Program-made: the position numbers and the translations under genes
In this document: positions 9,884 through 18,847 of the stretch, piece after piece
Numbering within the stretch: the stretch's first letter is position 1
Layout: every line of letters starts with the position of its first letter
Source: an uncultured Ignavibacterium sp.
GTDB taxonomy: Bacteria > Bacteroidota > Ignavibacteria > Tepidaquicellales > Tepidaquicellaceae
Assembly: GCA_964527915.1 (NCBI GenBank)
Contig: CAZGNS010000001.1
Span: 1 to 54,965 of the forward strand
Length of the DNA: 54,965 nucleotides
Direction of reading: 5' to 3'
The notes under the pieces: generated by a model
Databases searched by the model: none
Seen by the model: the letters and a program-made list of their open reading frames with translations, nothing else
Told to the model about the DNA's origin: nothing

Positions 9884-10618
9884 GTGACTCGTCCAAAAAT
9901 CAGCGTTGTCATTCCGACTTTGAATGAAGAAAAATTGATTTCAAAAACACTTTCACAGTTTGATGATGATACAAAAGCAAAATACGAGGTGGAAGTGATT
10001 TTAAGCGATGGCGGCAGCACAGATAATACATTGAAGATTGCCGAAGGACGCTCTGATAAAATGACAATTCACAAAAGCGGAAAAAAGCAGAACATTGCGC
10101 AGGGAAGAAATGAAGGTGCAAAACTTGCCGAAGGTGATGTTCTTGTTTTTTTAAATGCAGATACTTATCTGCAGGATAAAACTAAGTTCTTTGAAACTAT
10201 AAAAAAATTTTCCGAAGCAAATCATTATTCGGCTCTTGCATTTCCCATAAAGATTGATGAAAGTCAGCGGACCGGAAAAGATAAGGTCTTCCATAGCTTT
10301 TATAATACTTATGTGAAAATATTGAATTTCATCGGAATCGGTATGGGAAGAGGTGAATGCCATATAATAAAAAAGGAAAAGTATCTGGAAGTAAACGGAT
10401 ATAATGGCAATCTTGCTGCAGGTGAGGATTTTGACCTGTACAGACGACTGAGAAAGAAAGGGAAAATTAAATTTGTAAAAGATGTAGTGATTTATGAATC
10501 TCCGCGCAGATACCGTAAATTCGGATATTTCAACGTATTTATGGATTGGGCAAAGAATTCAATTTCAATTTTACTTTTTAATAAATCTATTTCAAAAGAT
10601 TGGGAGCCTGTCAGATGA
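9884..10618 (+). CDS. Family 2 glycosyltransferase
   Basis: 244 aa. SVVIPTLNEE...SDGGSTDNT...LNADT...GEDFDLY. GTG start. Confidence 0.8.
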   Translation: MTRPKISVVIPTLNEEKLISKTLSQFDDDTKAKYEVEVILSDGGSTDNTLKIAEGRSDKMTIHKSGKKQNIAQGRNEGAKLAEGDVLVFLNADTYLQDKTKFFETIKKFSEANHYSALAFPIKIDESQRTGKDKVFHSFYNTYVKILNFIGIGMGRGECHIIKKEKYLEVNGYNGNLAAGEDFDLYRRLRKKGKIKFVKDVVIYESPRRYRKFGYFNVFMDWAKNSISILLFNKSISKDWEPVR

Positions 10619-11745
10619 AAAATTTCACTATATTGAAAAATGATTCCGAAAGCAAAGCAAGAGCGGGAATTCTCAGGACAGAGCATTCAGAGATTGAGAC
10701 TCCGGTATTTATGCCCGTCGGGACGCTTGGTACTGTAAAGGCTATTGAACAACGGGAACTGGCTGAAATGAATGCAAATATCATTTTAGGCAATACATAT
10801 CACTTGTATCTCAGACCGGGTAACGATGTAATGAAAGCAGCAGGCGGACTTCACAGGTTTATGAACTGGGACAGGTCAATACTTACTGATAGCGGCGGCT
10901 TTCAGGTGTTCAGTCTGACATCACTACGTAAAATCAGAGAAGAAGGAGTTGAATTTTCATCTCATATTGACGGTTCAAAACATTTATTCTCTCCCGAAAA
11001 AGTGATTGATACCGAGCGAATCATTGGTTCTGATATAATGATGCCTCTTGATATATGTATGCCTAATCCTTCAGGTTATAACGCAAATGTAGAAGCTATT
11101 GAAATTACTCATAGATGGGAGAGCAGATGCTTTGAGCATTTCAGAAATACAAAAGATTTGTACGGGCACAGTCAGATGCTCTTTTCAATATGTCAGGGAA
11201 GCACTTATGAAGACCTGAGAATAAAAAGTATTGAATATCTTTCAACATTGGATTTTGACGGATACGCAATCGGAGGTCTTGCAGTGGGAGAACCTAACAA
11301 AAATATGTATGATTTAGTTGATTTAAGTACGGACAGATTACCTGTAGAAAAGCCAAGATATCTGATGGGAGTAGGAACTCCGATAGATATTCTTGAAAAT
11401 GTAGAAAGAGGAGTGGATATGTTTGATTGTGTATTGCCGACCAGAAATGCCCGACACGGAAGGCTATTTACATCAAAAGGTGAAATAAATCTGAAAAATG
11501 CAAAGTATAAATATGATTTTGATTCACCGGATGAAGATTATCAGACATATACATCAAAGAATTTTTCATTGTCTTATATGAGACATCTTTTTATGACAGG
11601 AGAGATACTTGGTATGCAGCTTGCGAGTATCCATAATGTGGGATTTTATTTGGAGTTTATGAAAAGAATCAGATTTGCTATTTTAGAAGGAAAGTTTAAA
11701 GAGTTCAAAAAATTATTTATAGAAAAATATTCTGAAAATAAATAA
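10615..11745 (+). CDS. tgt: Queuine tRNA-ribosyltransferase
   Basis: ARAG.L.T.H...TP.FMPVGT.G.VK, LTDSGGFQV, GGLAVGE. I prefer the ATG at 10615 (MKNFTILK), which gives a 4-nt overlap with the upstream stop. Confidence 0.9.
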   Translation: MKNFTILKNDSESKARAGILRTEHSEIETPVFMPVGTLGTVKAIEQRELAEMNANIILGNTYHLYLRPGNDVMKAAGGLHRFMNWDRSILTDSGGFQVFSLTSLRKIREEGVEFSSHIDGSKHLFSPEKVIDTERIIGSDIMMPLDICMPNPSGYNANVEAIEITHRWESRCFEHFRNTKDLYGHSQMLFSICQGSTYEDLRIKSIEYLSTLDFDGYAIGGLAVGEPNKNMYDLVDLSTDRLPVEKPRYLMGVGTPIDILENVERGVDMFDCVLPTRNARHGRLFTSKGEINLKNAKYKYDFDSPDEDYQTYTSKNFSLSYMRHLFMTGEILGMQLASIHNVGFYLEFMKRIRFAILEGKFKEFKKLFIEKYSENK

Positions 11746-11770
11746 ATAAAAACAAGAAAGGAAATCAAAT

Positions 11771-12112
11771 TTGAAATTATTAAGCCTAATCTTTCTGCAG
11801 TGCGCACCTCCTTCAAATGGCGGAGATGCAACCAGTAGTTTGCTAAGTTTTCTACCGTTCATACTAATTATCGTAATTTTTTATTTTCTGATAATCAGGC
11901 CACAGCAGAAACGTCAGAAAGAAAGACAGAAATTACTTGAATCTGTGAAAAAAGGTGATAAGGTTGTTACTGCAGGCGGTATGCACGGTGTTGTCGAAGC
12001 AGTAGAAGACAAAACTGTATTGGTTAAAATTGCGGAAAATGTAAAAGTAAAAATGGAAAAAAGCTCTATTTCAACTATTGAAGGAGTTACTGATACACAA
12101 GTAAAAAAATAA
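11771..12112 (+). CDS. yajC: Preprotein translocase subunit YajC
   Basis: FLIIRPQQKRQKERQKLLESVKKGDKVVTAGGMHGVV. TTG start preceded by AAGGAAA. Confidence 0.85.
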   Translation: MKLLSLIFLQCAPPSNGGDATSSLLSFLPFILIIVIFYFLIIRPQQKRQKERQKLLESVKKGDKVVTAGGMHGVVEAVEDKTVLVKIAENVKVKMEKSSISTIEGVTDTQVKK

Positions 12113-12132
12113 TTAAACATCAGCATTTTATT

Positions 12133-12169
12133 ATTGCAAGTAATTTTTCGGATTGCTTGCAATTTTTTA
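12133..12169 (+). terminator. Rho-independent terminator after yajC
   Basis: ATTGCAAG (12133-12140) pairs with CTTGCAAT (12156-12163), followed by a T-run. Confidence 0.6.
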
Positions 12170-12179
12170 TTTATTGAAA

Positions 12180-13412
12180 ATGAAAGAAACAGAAAAATCT
12201 GAATTTACAAGCATTGAAAAAGCGGTTGATGACTTCAGAAACGGTAAGATAGTAATCGTTGTTGATGATGAAGACAGAGAAAACGAAGGTGATATGATAT
12301 ATGCGGCGGAAAAGTCAACGCCTGAACTTGTAAATTTTTTAGTGAAAAATGCGAGAGGACTGATTTGCGTTCCGATGGAAGGGAAAAGACTTTCGGAACT
12401 AAATCTTGATATGATGACCTCGAATAATACGGCTCTTCATGAGACAGCATTTACTGTGAGTGTTGATTATAAAGTCGGCACGACAACAGGCATTTCAGTA
12501 TTTGACAGAAATAAAACTATTAATGCTCTGGTAAACAGCAATACTATAAAAGAAGACCTTGGCATACCGGGACATATATTTCCGTTAAAAGCAGATGAAG
12601 GCGGAGTGCTGAAGCGTGCAGGGCATACGGAAGCAACAGTTGACCTTGCAAGACTTGCCGGACTTTATCCTGCTGGAGTGCTCTGCGAAATACTTAAAGA
12701 AAACGGAGAAATGGCGAGGCTTCCCGAATTGCTGAAAATTGCTAAAAAGCATAATCTGAGTATAATTACAATTAAAGACCTTATTCATTACAGATTGAAA
12801 CGGGAAAAACTCGTTAAAAAAATTGTAAGTGCAAAGCTGCCAAGTCAGTTCGGAAAATTTGATATCATTGTTTATAGGTCTGAGATTGATACGAAAGAGC
12901 ATCTGGCTTTAGTAAAAGGAAAAATTAAAGGAAATGAACCTGTACTAGTCAGGGTACACTCCGAATGTCTGACAGGTGATATATTCGGCTCATTAAGATG
13001 TGATTGTCGCGCGCAGCTGATTGAATCCATGAAAATGATTGAAAAAAACGGCTCCGGTGTATTGCTATATATGAGGCAGGAAGGTAGAGGAATTGGTCTC
13101 GTAAATAAACTGAAAGCGTATAAACTACAGGAAGAAGGAAAAGATACGGTCGAAGCAAATCTTGCGTTGGGCTTTAAACCTGATTTGCGGGACTACGGAA
13201 TCGGAGCGCAGATATTAAGAGATTTAGGAATCAAGAAACTAAGATTGATGACAAATAATCCCAAAAAAATTATCGGACTTGAAGGCTATGGATTGGAAGT
13301 AGTTGAACGGGTACCTATTGAGATACCTGTAAATTCCATAAATGAAAAATATATGACTACGAAAAGAGATAAAATGGGACATTTAATTCTGATGAACAAA
13401 GAAAATTTATAA
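12180..13412 (+). CDS. ribBA: Bifunctional 3,4-dihydroxy-2-butanone-4-phosphate synthase / GTP cyclohydrolase II
   Basis: [14 protein letters not shown], then the [10 protein letters not shown]...CDC zinc motif and EGRGIGL. ATG at 12180 lies just after the yajC terminator. Confidence 0.9.
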   Translation: MKETEKSEFTSIEKAVDDFRNGKIVIVVDDEDRENEGDMIYAAEKSTPELVNFLVKNARGLICVPMEGKRLSELNLDMMTSNNTALHETAFTVSVDYKVGTTTGISVFDRNKTINALVNSNTIKEDLGIPGHIFPLKADEGGVLKRAGHTEATVDLARLAGLYPAGVLCEILKENGEMARLPELLKIAKKHNLSIITIKDLIHYRLKREKLVKKIVSAKLPSQFGKFDIIVYRSEIDTKEHLALVKGKIKGNEPVLVRVHSECLTGDIFGSLRCDCRAQLIESMKMIEKNGSGVLLYMRQEGRGIGLVNKLKAYKLQEEGKDTVEANLALGFKPDLRDYGIGAQILRDLGIKKLRLMTNNPKKIIGLEGYGLEVVERVPIEIPVNSINEKYMTTKRDKMGHLILMNKENL

Positions 13413-13429
13413 AAAATAATTAAAGTAAT

Positions 13430-13906
13430 ATGGAACAATCAAATGTATATTTAAAAAAGGAAAGATTATCTGAACTTGAAAAAGAACTGCTCGAACTTAA
13501 AGGAGCAAAGCGAAAAGAAGTTGCAGATAAAATTGCTGAAGCAAGGGCACACGGAGACCTTTCGGAAAATGCCGAATATGATGCGGCAAAAGAGGCACAA
13601 AGTATGCTTGAGCTCAAAATATCAAAGATGGAAAATATGCTGTCCAGAGCGATTGTCATAGAAGATGATGAATTTCCTGAGGATGAGGTGCATATCCTTT
13701 CTAAGGTACATTTACTTGATGTCACTCATAACGAAGAAATACATTATCTTATAGTTTCTCCGGATGAAGCAGATATTGAGATGGACAAAATATCAATTGT
13801 ATCACCGTTAGGAAAACTTATGATGGGTAAAAAAGTAGGAGATGAATTCGTACTGGAACTAAACGGTATAAGAAACGAGTACAAAATTTTAGGAATCTCA
13901 AATTAA
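13430..13906 (+). CDS. greA: Transcription elongation factor GreA
   Basis: 158 aa. GDLSENAEYDAAKE motif and a C-terminal FKBP-like domain. Confidence 0.9.
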   Translation: MEQSNVYLKKERLSELEKELLELKGAKRKEVADKIAEARAHGDLSENAEYDAAKEAQSMLELKISKMENMLSRAIVIEDDEFPEDEVHILSKVHLLDVTHNEEIHYLIVSPDEADIEMDKISIVSPLGKLMMGKKVGDEFVLELNGIRNEYKILGISN

Positions 13907-13912
13907 ACTAAA

Positions 13913-14845
13913 ATGCCAAAACAAAAGTATTCTTCGGTTAAAGTCGGTGTATTTATTTTTGTAGCAGTAGTAATAGTACTTGTAACAATATTCTGGGCGA
14001 AAAGCTTTGTGGTTACAAGTGATATGCGTGATATGAAAATTCGGTTCGAAAGCGTAACAGGTCTGAAGAAAGGTGACCCTGTGGTCGTGAATGGCGTCAG
14101 GAAAGGCAAAGTTACGGGTTTTGACCTTGTAGGCGATTCGGTTACTGTTGATTTTATGATTTCGAAAGATGTGAAAATCAAAAAAGATTATAAAATGGAA
14201 ATCATCAGCACAGAATTGCTTGGCGGAAAAACCCTGAATATTTATATCGGAAGAAGTAATCAGGAAGTTAACTATGATGATTTATTGTACGGGTCAAAAT
14301 CCGGTGATATCTCAGACCTTATGTCTGCAGTTTCTGATATGACAGGCGATATAAAGTCACTAGTCAGAAATTTCAGTAGTGCATCAGTCCAGCTGGATTC
14401 TGTGCTTAGAAGCGTGAATGATGTTATAAGCGACCCGAATGTAAAGTCGGAACTGAAGGGTACGGTATCAAATATTTCAGAAACATCAAAAAATCTTAAT
14501 TCTCTTATTGCAGAGAATAAAAAGACACTCGGCACAATCATTGAAAAGACTTCTCAGACAATTGATAAAGTCGGTAATACGGTTGATAATGTAAATGGTG
14601 TGATTGATAATACAAAGCCTGAACTAAGTGAAACCATGAAGAATATTAAGACATTAACAACAAAGATTGATGATTTGGTAACAAATCTTAATGGCTTGGT
14701 AGGGGACGTAACACAGAAAAAAAGCGGATTGGGAAAATTTATTTATGATGATAAGTTTTTTGAAAATCTGAATAAATCACTTGAAGAAATTCAGGAGCTT
14801 ACGAAAAAAATCCGCAATGATGGAGTGAAGATAAATATATTCTAG
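13913..14845 (+). CDS. MlaD/MCE-domain protein with coiled-coil tail
   Basis: N-terminal TM helix, GLKKGDPVVVNGVRKGKV MCE core, then a long repetitive helical C-terminus. Confidence 0.75.
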   Translation: MPKQKYSSVKVGVFIFVAVVIVLVTIFWAKSFVVTSDMRDMKIRFESVTGLKKGDPVVVNGVRKGKVTGFDLVGDSVTVDFMISKDVKIKKDYKMEIISTELLGGKTLNIYIGRSNQEVNYDDLLYGSKSGDISDLMSAVSDMTGDIKSLVRNFSSASVQLDSVLRSVNDVISDPNVKSELKGTVSNISETSKNLNSLIAENKKTLGTIIEKTSQTIDKVGNTVDNVNGVIDNTKPELSETMKNIKTLTTKIDDLVTNLNGLVGDVTQKKSGLGKFIYDDKFFENLNKSLEEIQELTKKIRNDGVKINIF

Positions 14846-14862
14846 ATTTTGGATAAGAAAAG

Positions 14863-14900
14863 AAAGCCGTTACTTGGAAGTCAGGTAACGGCTTTTTTTT
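14863..14900. terminator. Bidirectional intrinsic terminator between the convergent mlaD-like and porQ-like genes
   Basis: AAAGCCGTTAC (14863-14873) pairs with GTAACGGCTTT (14885-14895). T-runs are present on both strands. Confidence 0.7.
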
Positions 14901-15846
14901 ATTTATTAAAATTATATTTCAGATTAATTCTGTGAACTGAGCCTACTTTTCCGATTGAATTGAAACTGTAGTCAAGCATATAAGTATTCTGATATTGCAA
15001 TCCGAGCCCTGCAGAAAAGCCTCCGAGCCCTGTGGAATTGCCTGTTTCAAGATTCTGCCTTATCTGATTATCATAACCCGCTCTTATCAGAAAATAATCG
15101 TTAAGCTCAAATTCTCCACCGATTGTAAAATTTTTAAAATGCTGAATAAATTTATCCCTGTCAGCAGTCATATTATTGATACCTAGATAAACCGTTACAG
15201 GAAGGTATTCAAGTCTTTTCATCGCACCAATCCGCAGGTCAAGCGGAAGCTTTTCATTTACTCCGTTATAAGTCGATAATTGTGTACCCGCATTCATAAG
15301 CGAAATTCCGACTGATGCCAGATATGAAGGTATATCATACAACAATCCCAAATCTACAGCCAAACCGGTAGATTTGAATTCATCAATATTAGAATAGATA
15401 AATTTTACATTCGCTCCGTAATGCAAGTTTTCCGCATAAGTATTAGCGTAGCCGAGTGATACTGCAAGGTCATTTGCGGAAAAGGTTCCCTGATTAACAA
15501 AATTTTCATCAACTTTATCGAAAGTTCCGTAATTCACATATTTGACACCGATTCCGAAATATCCCAGATTTTTATATTTCATAGCATAAGCAGCATTACC
15601 TGAATTTATATCCATCAGATATTTGAAAAATCCTGCAGAAAGCTGCGGTTGCTTTATTGTAGCAAGTCCTGCGGGATTATAGAAAATGCTGTTTACATCA
15701 TTTTGTGCGGATACATAGCTACCTGCAAGTGCTGCAGACTTTGCATCTGCATCCAATCTCAGGAAATTGTATGTTGCTTCTTCCTGCGAATAAATATTAT
15801 GTAATGTAATAATACTTATTATAACGACAAAAAATACCTTTTTCAT
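14899..15846 (-). CDS. Outer-membrane beta-barrel, PorQ-like (type IX secretion associated)
   Basis: Signal peptide, then YNFLRLDADAKSAALAGSYVS..NDVNSIFYNPAGL. Alternating beta-strand pattern with an aromatic C-terminal strand. Confidence 0.6.
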   Translation of the reverse strand: MKKVFFVVIISIITLHNIYSQEEATYNFLRLDADAKSAALAGSYVSAQNDVNSIFYNPAGLATIKQPQLSAGFFKYLMDINSGNAAYAMKYKNLGYFGIGVKYVNYGTFDKVDENFVNQGTFSANDLAVSLGYANTYAENLHYGANVKFIYSNIDEFKSTGLAVDLGLLYDIPSYLASVGISLMNAGTQLSTYNGVNEKLPLDLRIGAMKRLEYLPVTVYLGINNMTADRDKFIQHFKNFTIGGEFELNDYFLIRAGYDNQIRQNLETGNSTGLGGFSAGLGLQYQNTYMLDYSFNSIGKVGSVHRINLKYNFNK

Positions 15847-15913
15847 TAAATTCTAATTACTTTTTTAATTAAACAATAATAGTGTTAAGTATATTTATAT
15901 ACAAGTAAAAAAA

Positions 15914-16183
15914 TCAATAAATCCTGAAATCCTTATATTTATTTTCAAACTTTTTTCTTTCTGTTTTAATTGAGTTTACCTCCGCGTAACGATGCCCCGT
16001 ACGAAGTTCTTCAATAAAGACATCGATTACTTTTTCATCTGCTTCAATATCCAGATAAACCGAACCGTCACTCATATTCTTTACATATCCTTTTGCATCA
16101 TATTTCATTGCAAGTTTATAGCAGAAATATCTGAATCCTACGCCCTGTACCAGACCTTTAATATTAATGCTGAGATAAATCAA
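15914..16183 (-). CDS. acyP: Acylphosphatase
   Basis: 89 aa. GLVQGVGFRYF and GYVKN..DGSV. Confidence 0.85.
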   Translation of the reverse strand: MIYLSINIKGLVQGVGFRYFCYKLAMKYDAKGYVKNMSDGSVYLDIEADEKVIDVFIEELRTGHRYAEVNSIKTERKKFENKYKDFRIY

Positions 16184-17076
16184 AATGATATAGGTAATGC
16201 AGGTTTATAAATTATTATGATAGAAATTACAAGCCAGAGAAAAATATTTATAATCAGCGGAATATCTTTTGTAACCACCTGAGACGGGCTTTCGCCAAGA
16301 TTTTTTTTATGAAGCAGATACATATACCTGAAAATTCCGTATATCACGAACGGTGTAGTATAAATAAGGTTTTCGGTTCTAAAAGTAATGATTGCTTTTT
16401 CTGAAACCGTATAAAGTGCATAACATATGATTGTACCCGTAGCTGCAACTGTATTCATCTGGTCAGTAAAAGTAATGTCATATTCCAGTAAAACTTTTCT
16501 TTGCTTTCCGAGATTCTGAATATCGCTTTGCGAAAGTTCGGCACGACGTTTTGATATTGCAAGAAAAAGTGAAATAAAAATTGCAGTAAGTATCATCCAA
16601 CTTGAAAGCGGTACTGATATTGCTGCTGCACCGCCTATAATCCTCAGCATAAAACCGAATGAAATAAAAAAGACATCCAGCAGAACTATATTTTTAACTT
16701 TCAGTGAATAAAGCAGATTAATGATAAAATAAGTTCCTGCCGATATTGCAAGCCCGATATTAAGTTTAAGGCAGAGCAAAACTGTAAGCGCAAGTATGAT
16801 AACAAAAAATATTCTTGCCTGAGCAATCGTTACATCACCCGAAGCCAATGGCCTGAATCTTTTTTCTTTATGATATCTGTCGGATTCAATATCGCTAATA
16901 TCATTAATGATATAAACCATACTGGAAGCTCCGCAGAAAGCAAGGAATGCATATATAGACTTAATTAAAATGCCAAAATGGAATAGTTCGCCTGCAAAAA
17001 GTAACGGGGCAAATACAAAGAAATTTTTAATCCACTGTTTAGGCCTGATTAATTCAATTAATCTCAGAAGCTTCAT
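16180..17076 (-). CDS. UbiA-family prenyltransferase, decaprenyl-phosphate phosphoribosyltransferase-like
   Basis: LIRPKQWIKNFFVFAPL, NDI.D.E.DR.H..K..RPLASG, and about 8 TM helices. Confidence 0.75.
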   Translation of the reverse strand: MKLLRLIELIRPKQWIKNFFVFAPLLFAGELFHFGILIKSIYAFLAFCGASSMVYIINDISDIESDRYHKEKRFRPLASGDVTIAQARIFFVIILALTVLLCLKLNIGLAISAGTYFIINLLYSLKVKNIVLLDVFFISFGFMLRIIGGAAAISVPLSSWMILTAIFISLFLAISKRRAELSQSDIQNLGKQRKVLLEYDITFTDQMNTVAATGTIICYALYTVSEKAIITFRTENLIYTTPFVIYGIFRYMYLLHKKNLGESPSQVVTKDIPLIINIFLWLVISIIIIYKPALPISF

Positions 17077-17149
17077 TTTACTATATAATTTTAAATAATA
17101 TAATAAAATGATATTTACAAATATATTGAAAAGAACAAATCAAATATAA

Positions 17150-18781
17150 TTAAAAAATTGCCTGTTCGTTATATGTACCGAAAACTGATTTTAATTCAGC
17201 AATTATTTCACCGAGCGACACATAATTTTCTGCGCAGTTTAAAATCGGTGGCATAAGGTTTGTTCCTTCGACTGCAGCTGACTTTAATTTTGCAAGGCTC
17301 TCTTTTACGGATTGCATATTTCTTGAAGCTTTCAGCTCTTTCAGTCTGCGTATTTGTTGCTGCTCTACTGATTTCGGAATCTGTAGAATTGGAATATCAA
17401 TCTTTTCATTTTCTTCAATAAAGTCATTTACTCCAACAATAATTTTTTCCTTATTATCAAGTTCCTGCTGATAGCGATAAGCCGTGCGTGCAATCTCTTT
17501 CTGGAAGTAACCGTTTTCAATGCATGCAATCACACCACCGAGAGAATCAATTTCTTTAAAATATTTTTCTGCTTCAGCTTCAATCTCATTTGTAAGCTTT
17601 TCAATATAATAACTTCCGCCGAGCGGGTCAGCAACATTTATTACATTATGTTCATAGGCAATTATCTGCTGAGTGCGAAGAGCAATTTTGACAGCTTTGT
17701 CTGACGGTAACGCAAGAGTTTCATCCATTGAATTTGTATGCAGACTTTGAGTACCGCCGAGAACTGCTGCCAGGGCTTCTATTGCAGTGCGTACGATATT
17801 ATTCTCCGGTTGCTGTGCGGTCAGCGAACAACCTGCAGTCTGTGTATGGAATCTTAATTTCATTGATGCAGGATTTTTTGCTCCGTACACTTCTTTCATC
17901 CTCCTTGCATAAATGCGTCTTGCGGCTCTGAACTTTGCAATCTCTTCAAAGAAATCAAGATGTGAATTGAAGAAAAAAGAAATTCGCGGTGCAAATTCAT
18001 CTACATCAAGTCCGCGTTTTATACAATCTTCAATGTATGTAAATCCGTCTGCAAGAGTAAATGCAAGTTCCTGAGCTGCATCAGAGCCTGCTTCGCGGAT
18101 ATGATATCCGCTTACGCTTATAGGATTAAATTTCGGTACTTCCTTCGTGGAGTATTCAATCATATCAGTTATAATTCTCAATGACTGTTCGGGAGGGAAA
18201 ATAAATTCTTTCTGAGCAATATATTCTTTTAGTATATCATTCTGCAATGTACCGCGAAGTGCCGTAAAAGGTACATTCTGCTTTTTTGCAACAGCGAGAT
18301 AAAATGCATAGACAATAGCTGCTGGAGAATTGATTGTCATTGAAGTTGATACTTCGGATAAAGGAATGCCTTCAAAAAGTATTTCCATGTCTGCAAGAGA
18401 TGAAACCGAAACTCCGCAGATTCCGACTTCGCCTTCAGAGATTTCATCATCTGAATCCCAGCCCATCAGAGTCGGCATATCAAATGCTACCGAAAGCCCT
18501 GTCTGTCCGTTGCTCAGAAGATATTTGAATCTTTGGTTCGTATCTTCAGGTGTACCGAATCCGGCAAATTGCCTCATTGTCCAGAGTTTACCACGGTACA
18601 TATTGCTATGGATGCCTCTCGTATAAGGGTATTCACCCGGATATGACAGGTCATTGTCGTAATTAATATCGACATCTTCCGGTGTATAGCAGATTTCAGG
18701 TTGTCTGCCACTCAAAGATGTGAATTTCATCCCTGTAGTTTTGCATGCGGAAGCTTTTTTATTCCACTCTGATTTATTCAT
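17150..18781 (-). CDS. Methylmalonyl-CoA mutase family, catalytic (substrate-binding) subunit without a B12-binding domain
   Basis: 543 aa. PGEYPYTRGI...MYRGKLWTMRQFAGFG, FDMPT, HTQTAG. It ends where split-type large subunits end. Confidence 0.85.
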   Translation of the reverse strand: MNKSEWNKKASACKTTGMKFTSLSGRQPEICYTPEDVDINYDNDLSYPGEYPYTRGIHSNMYRGKLWTMRQFAGFGTPEDTNQRFKYLLSNGQTGLSVAFDMPTLMGWDSDDEISEGEVGICGVSVSSLADMEILFEGIPLSEVSTSMTINSPAAIVYAFYLAVAKKQNVPFTALRGTLQNDILKEYIAQKEFIFPPEQSLRIITDMIEYSTKEVPKFNPISVSGYHIREAGSDAAQELAFTLADGFTYIEDCIKRGLDVDEFAPRISFFFNSHLDFFEEIAKFRAARRIYARRMKEVYGAKNPASMKLRFHTQTAGCSLTAQQPENNIVRTAIEALAAVLGGTQSLHTNSMDETLALPSDKAVKIALRTQQIIAYEHNVINVADPLGGSYYIEKLTNEIEAEAEKYFKEIDSLGGVIACIENGYFQKEIARTAYRYQQELDNKEKIIVGVNDFIEENEKIDIPILQIPKSVEQQQIRRLKELKASRNMQSVKESLAKLKSAAVEGTNLMPPILNCAENYVSLGEIIAELKSVFGTYNEQAIF

Positions 18782-18847
18782 AGAATTAATATTTTATTTT
18801 TTGTCATAACAAAAAATAAATGAAATTAATTCAGAAATATTCAGAAA

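Noticed and set aside
10600-10614. Upstream start (MGACQ...) for tgt given by the ORF track
   Set aside because: The ATG at 10615 gives the canonical Tgt N-terminus and a 4-nt stop/start overlap with the preceding glycosyltransferase, so the extension is unnecessary.
12113-12179. FMN riboswitch upstream of ribBA
   Set aside because: The gap is only about 65 nt and is fully occupied by the yajC terminator hairpin, leaving no room for the ~140-nt FMN aptamer.
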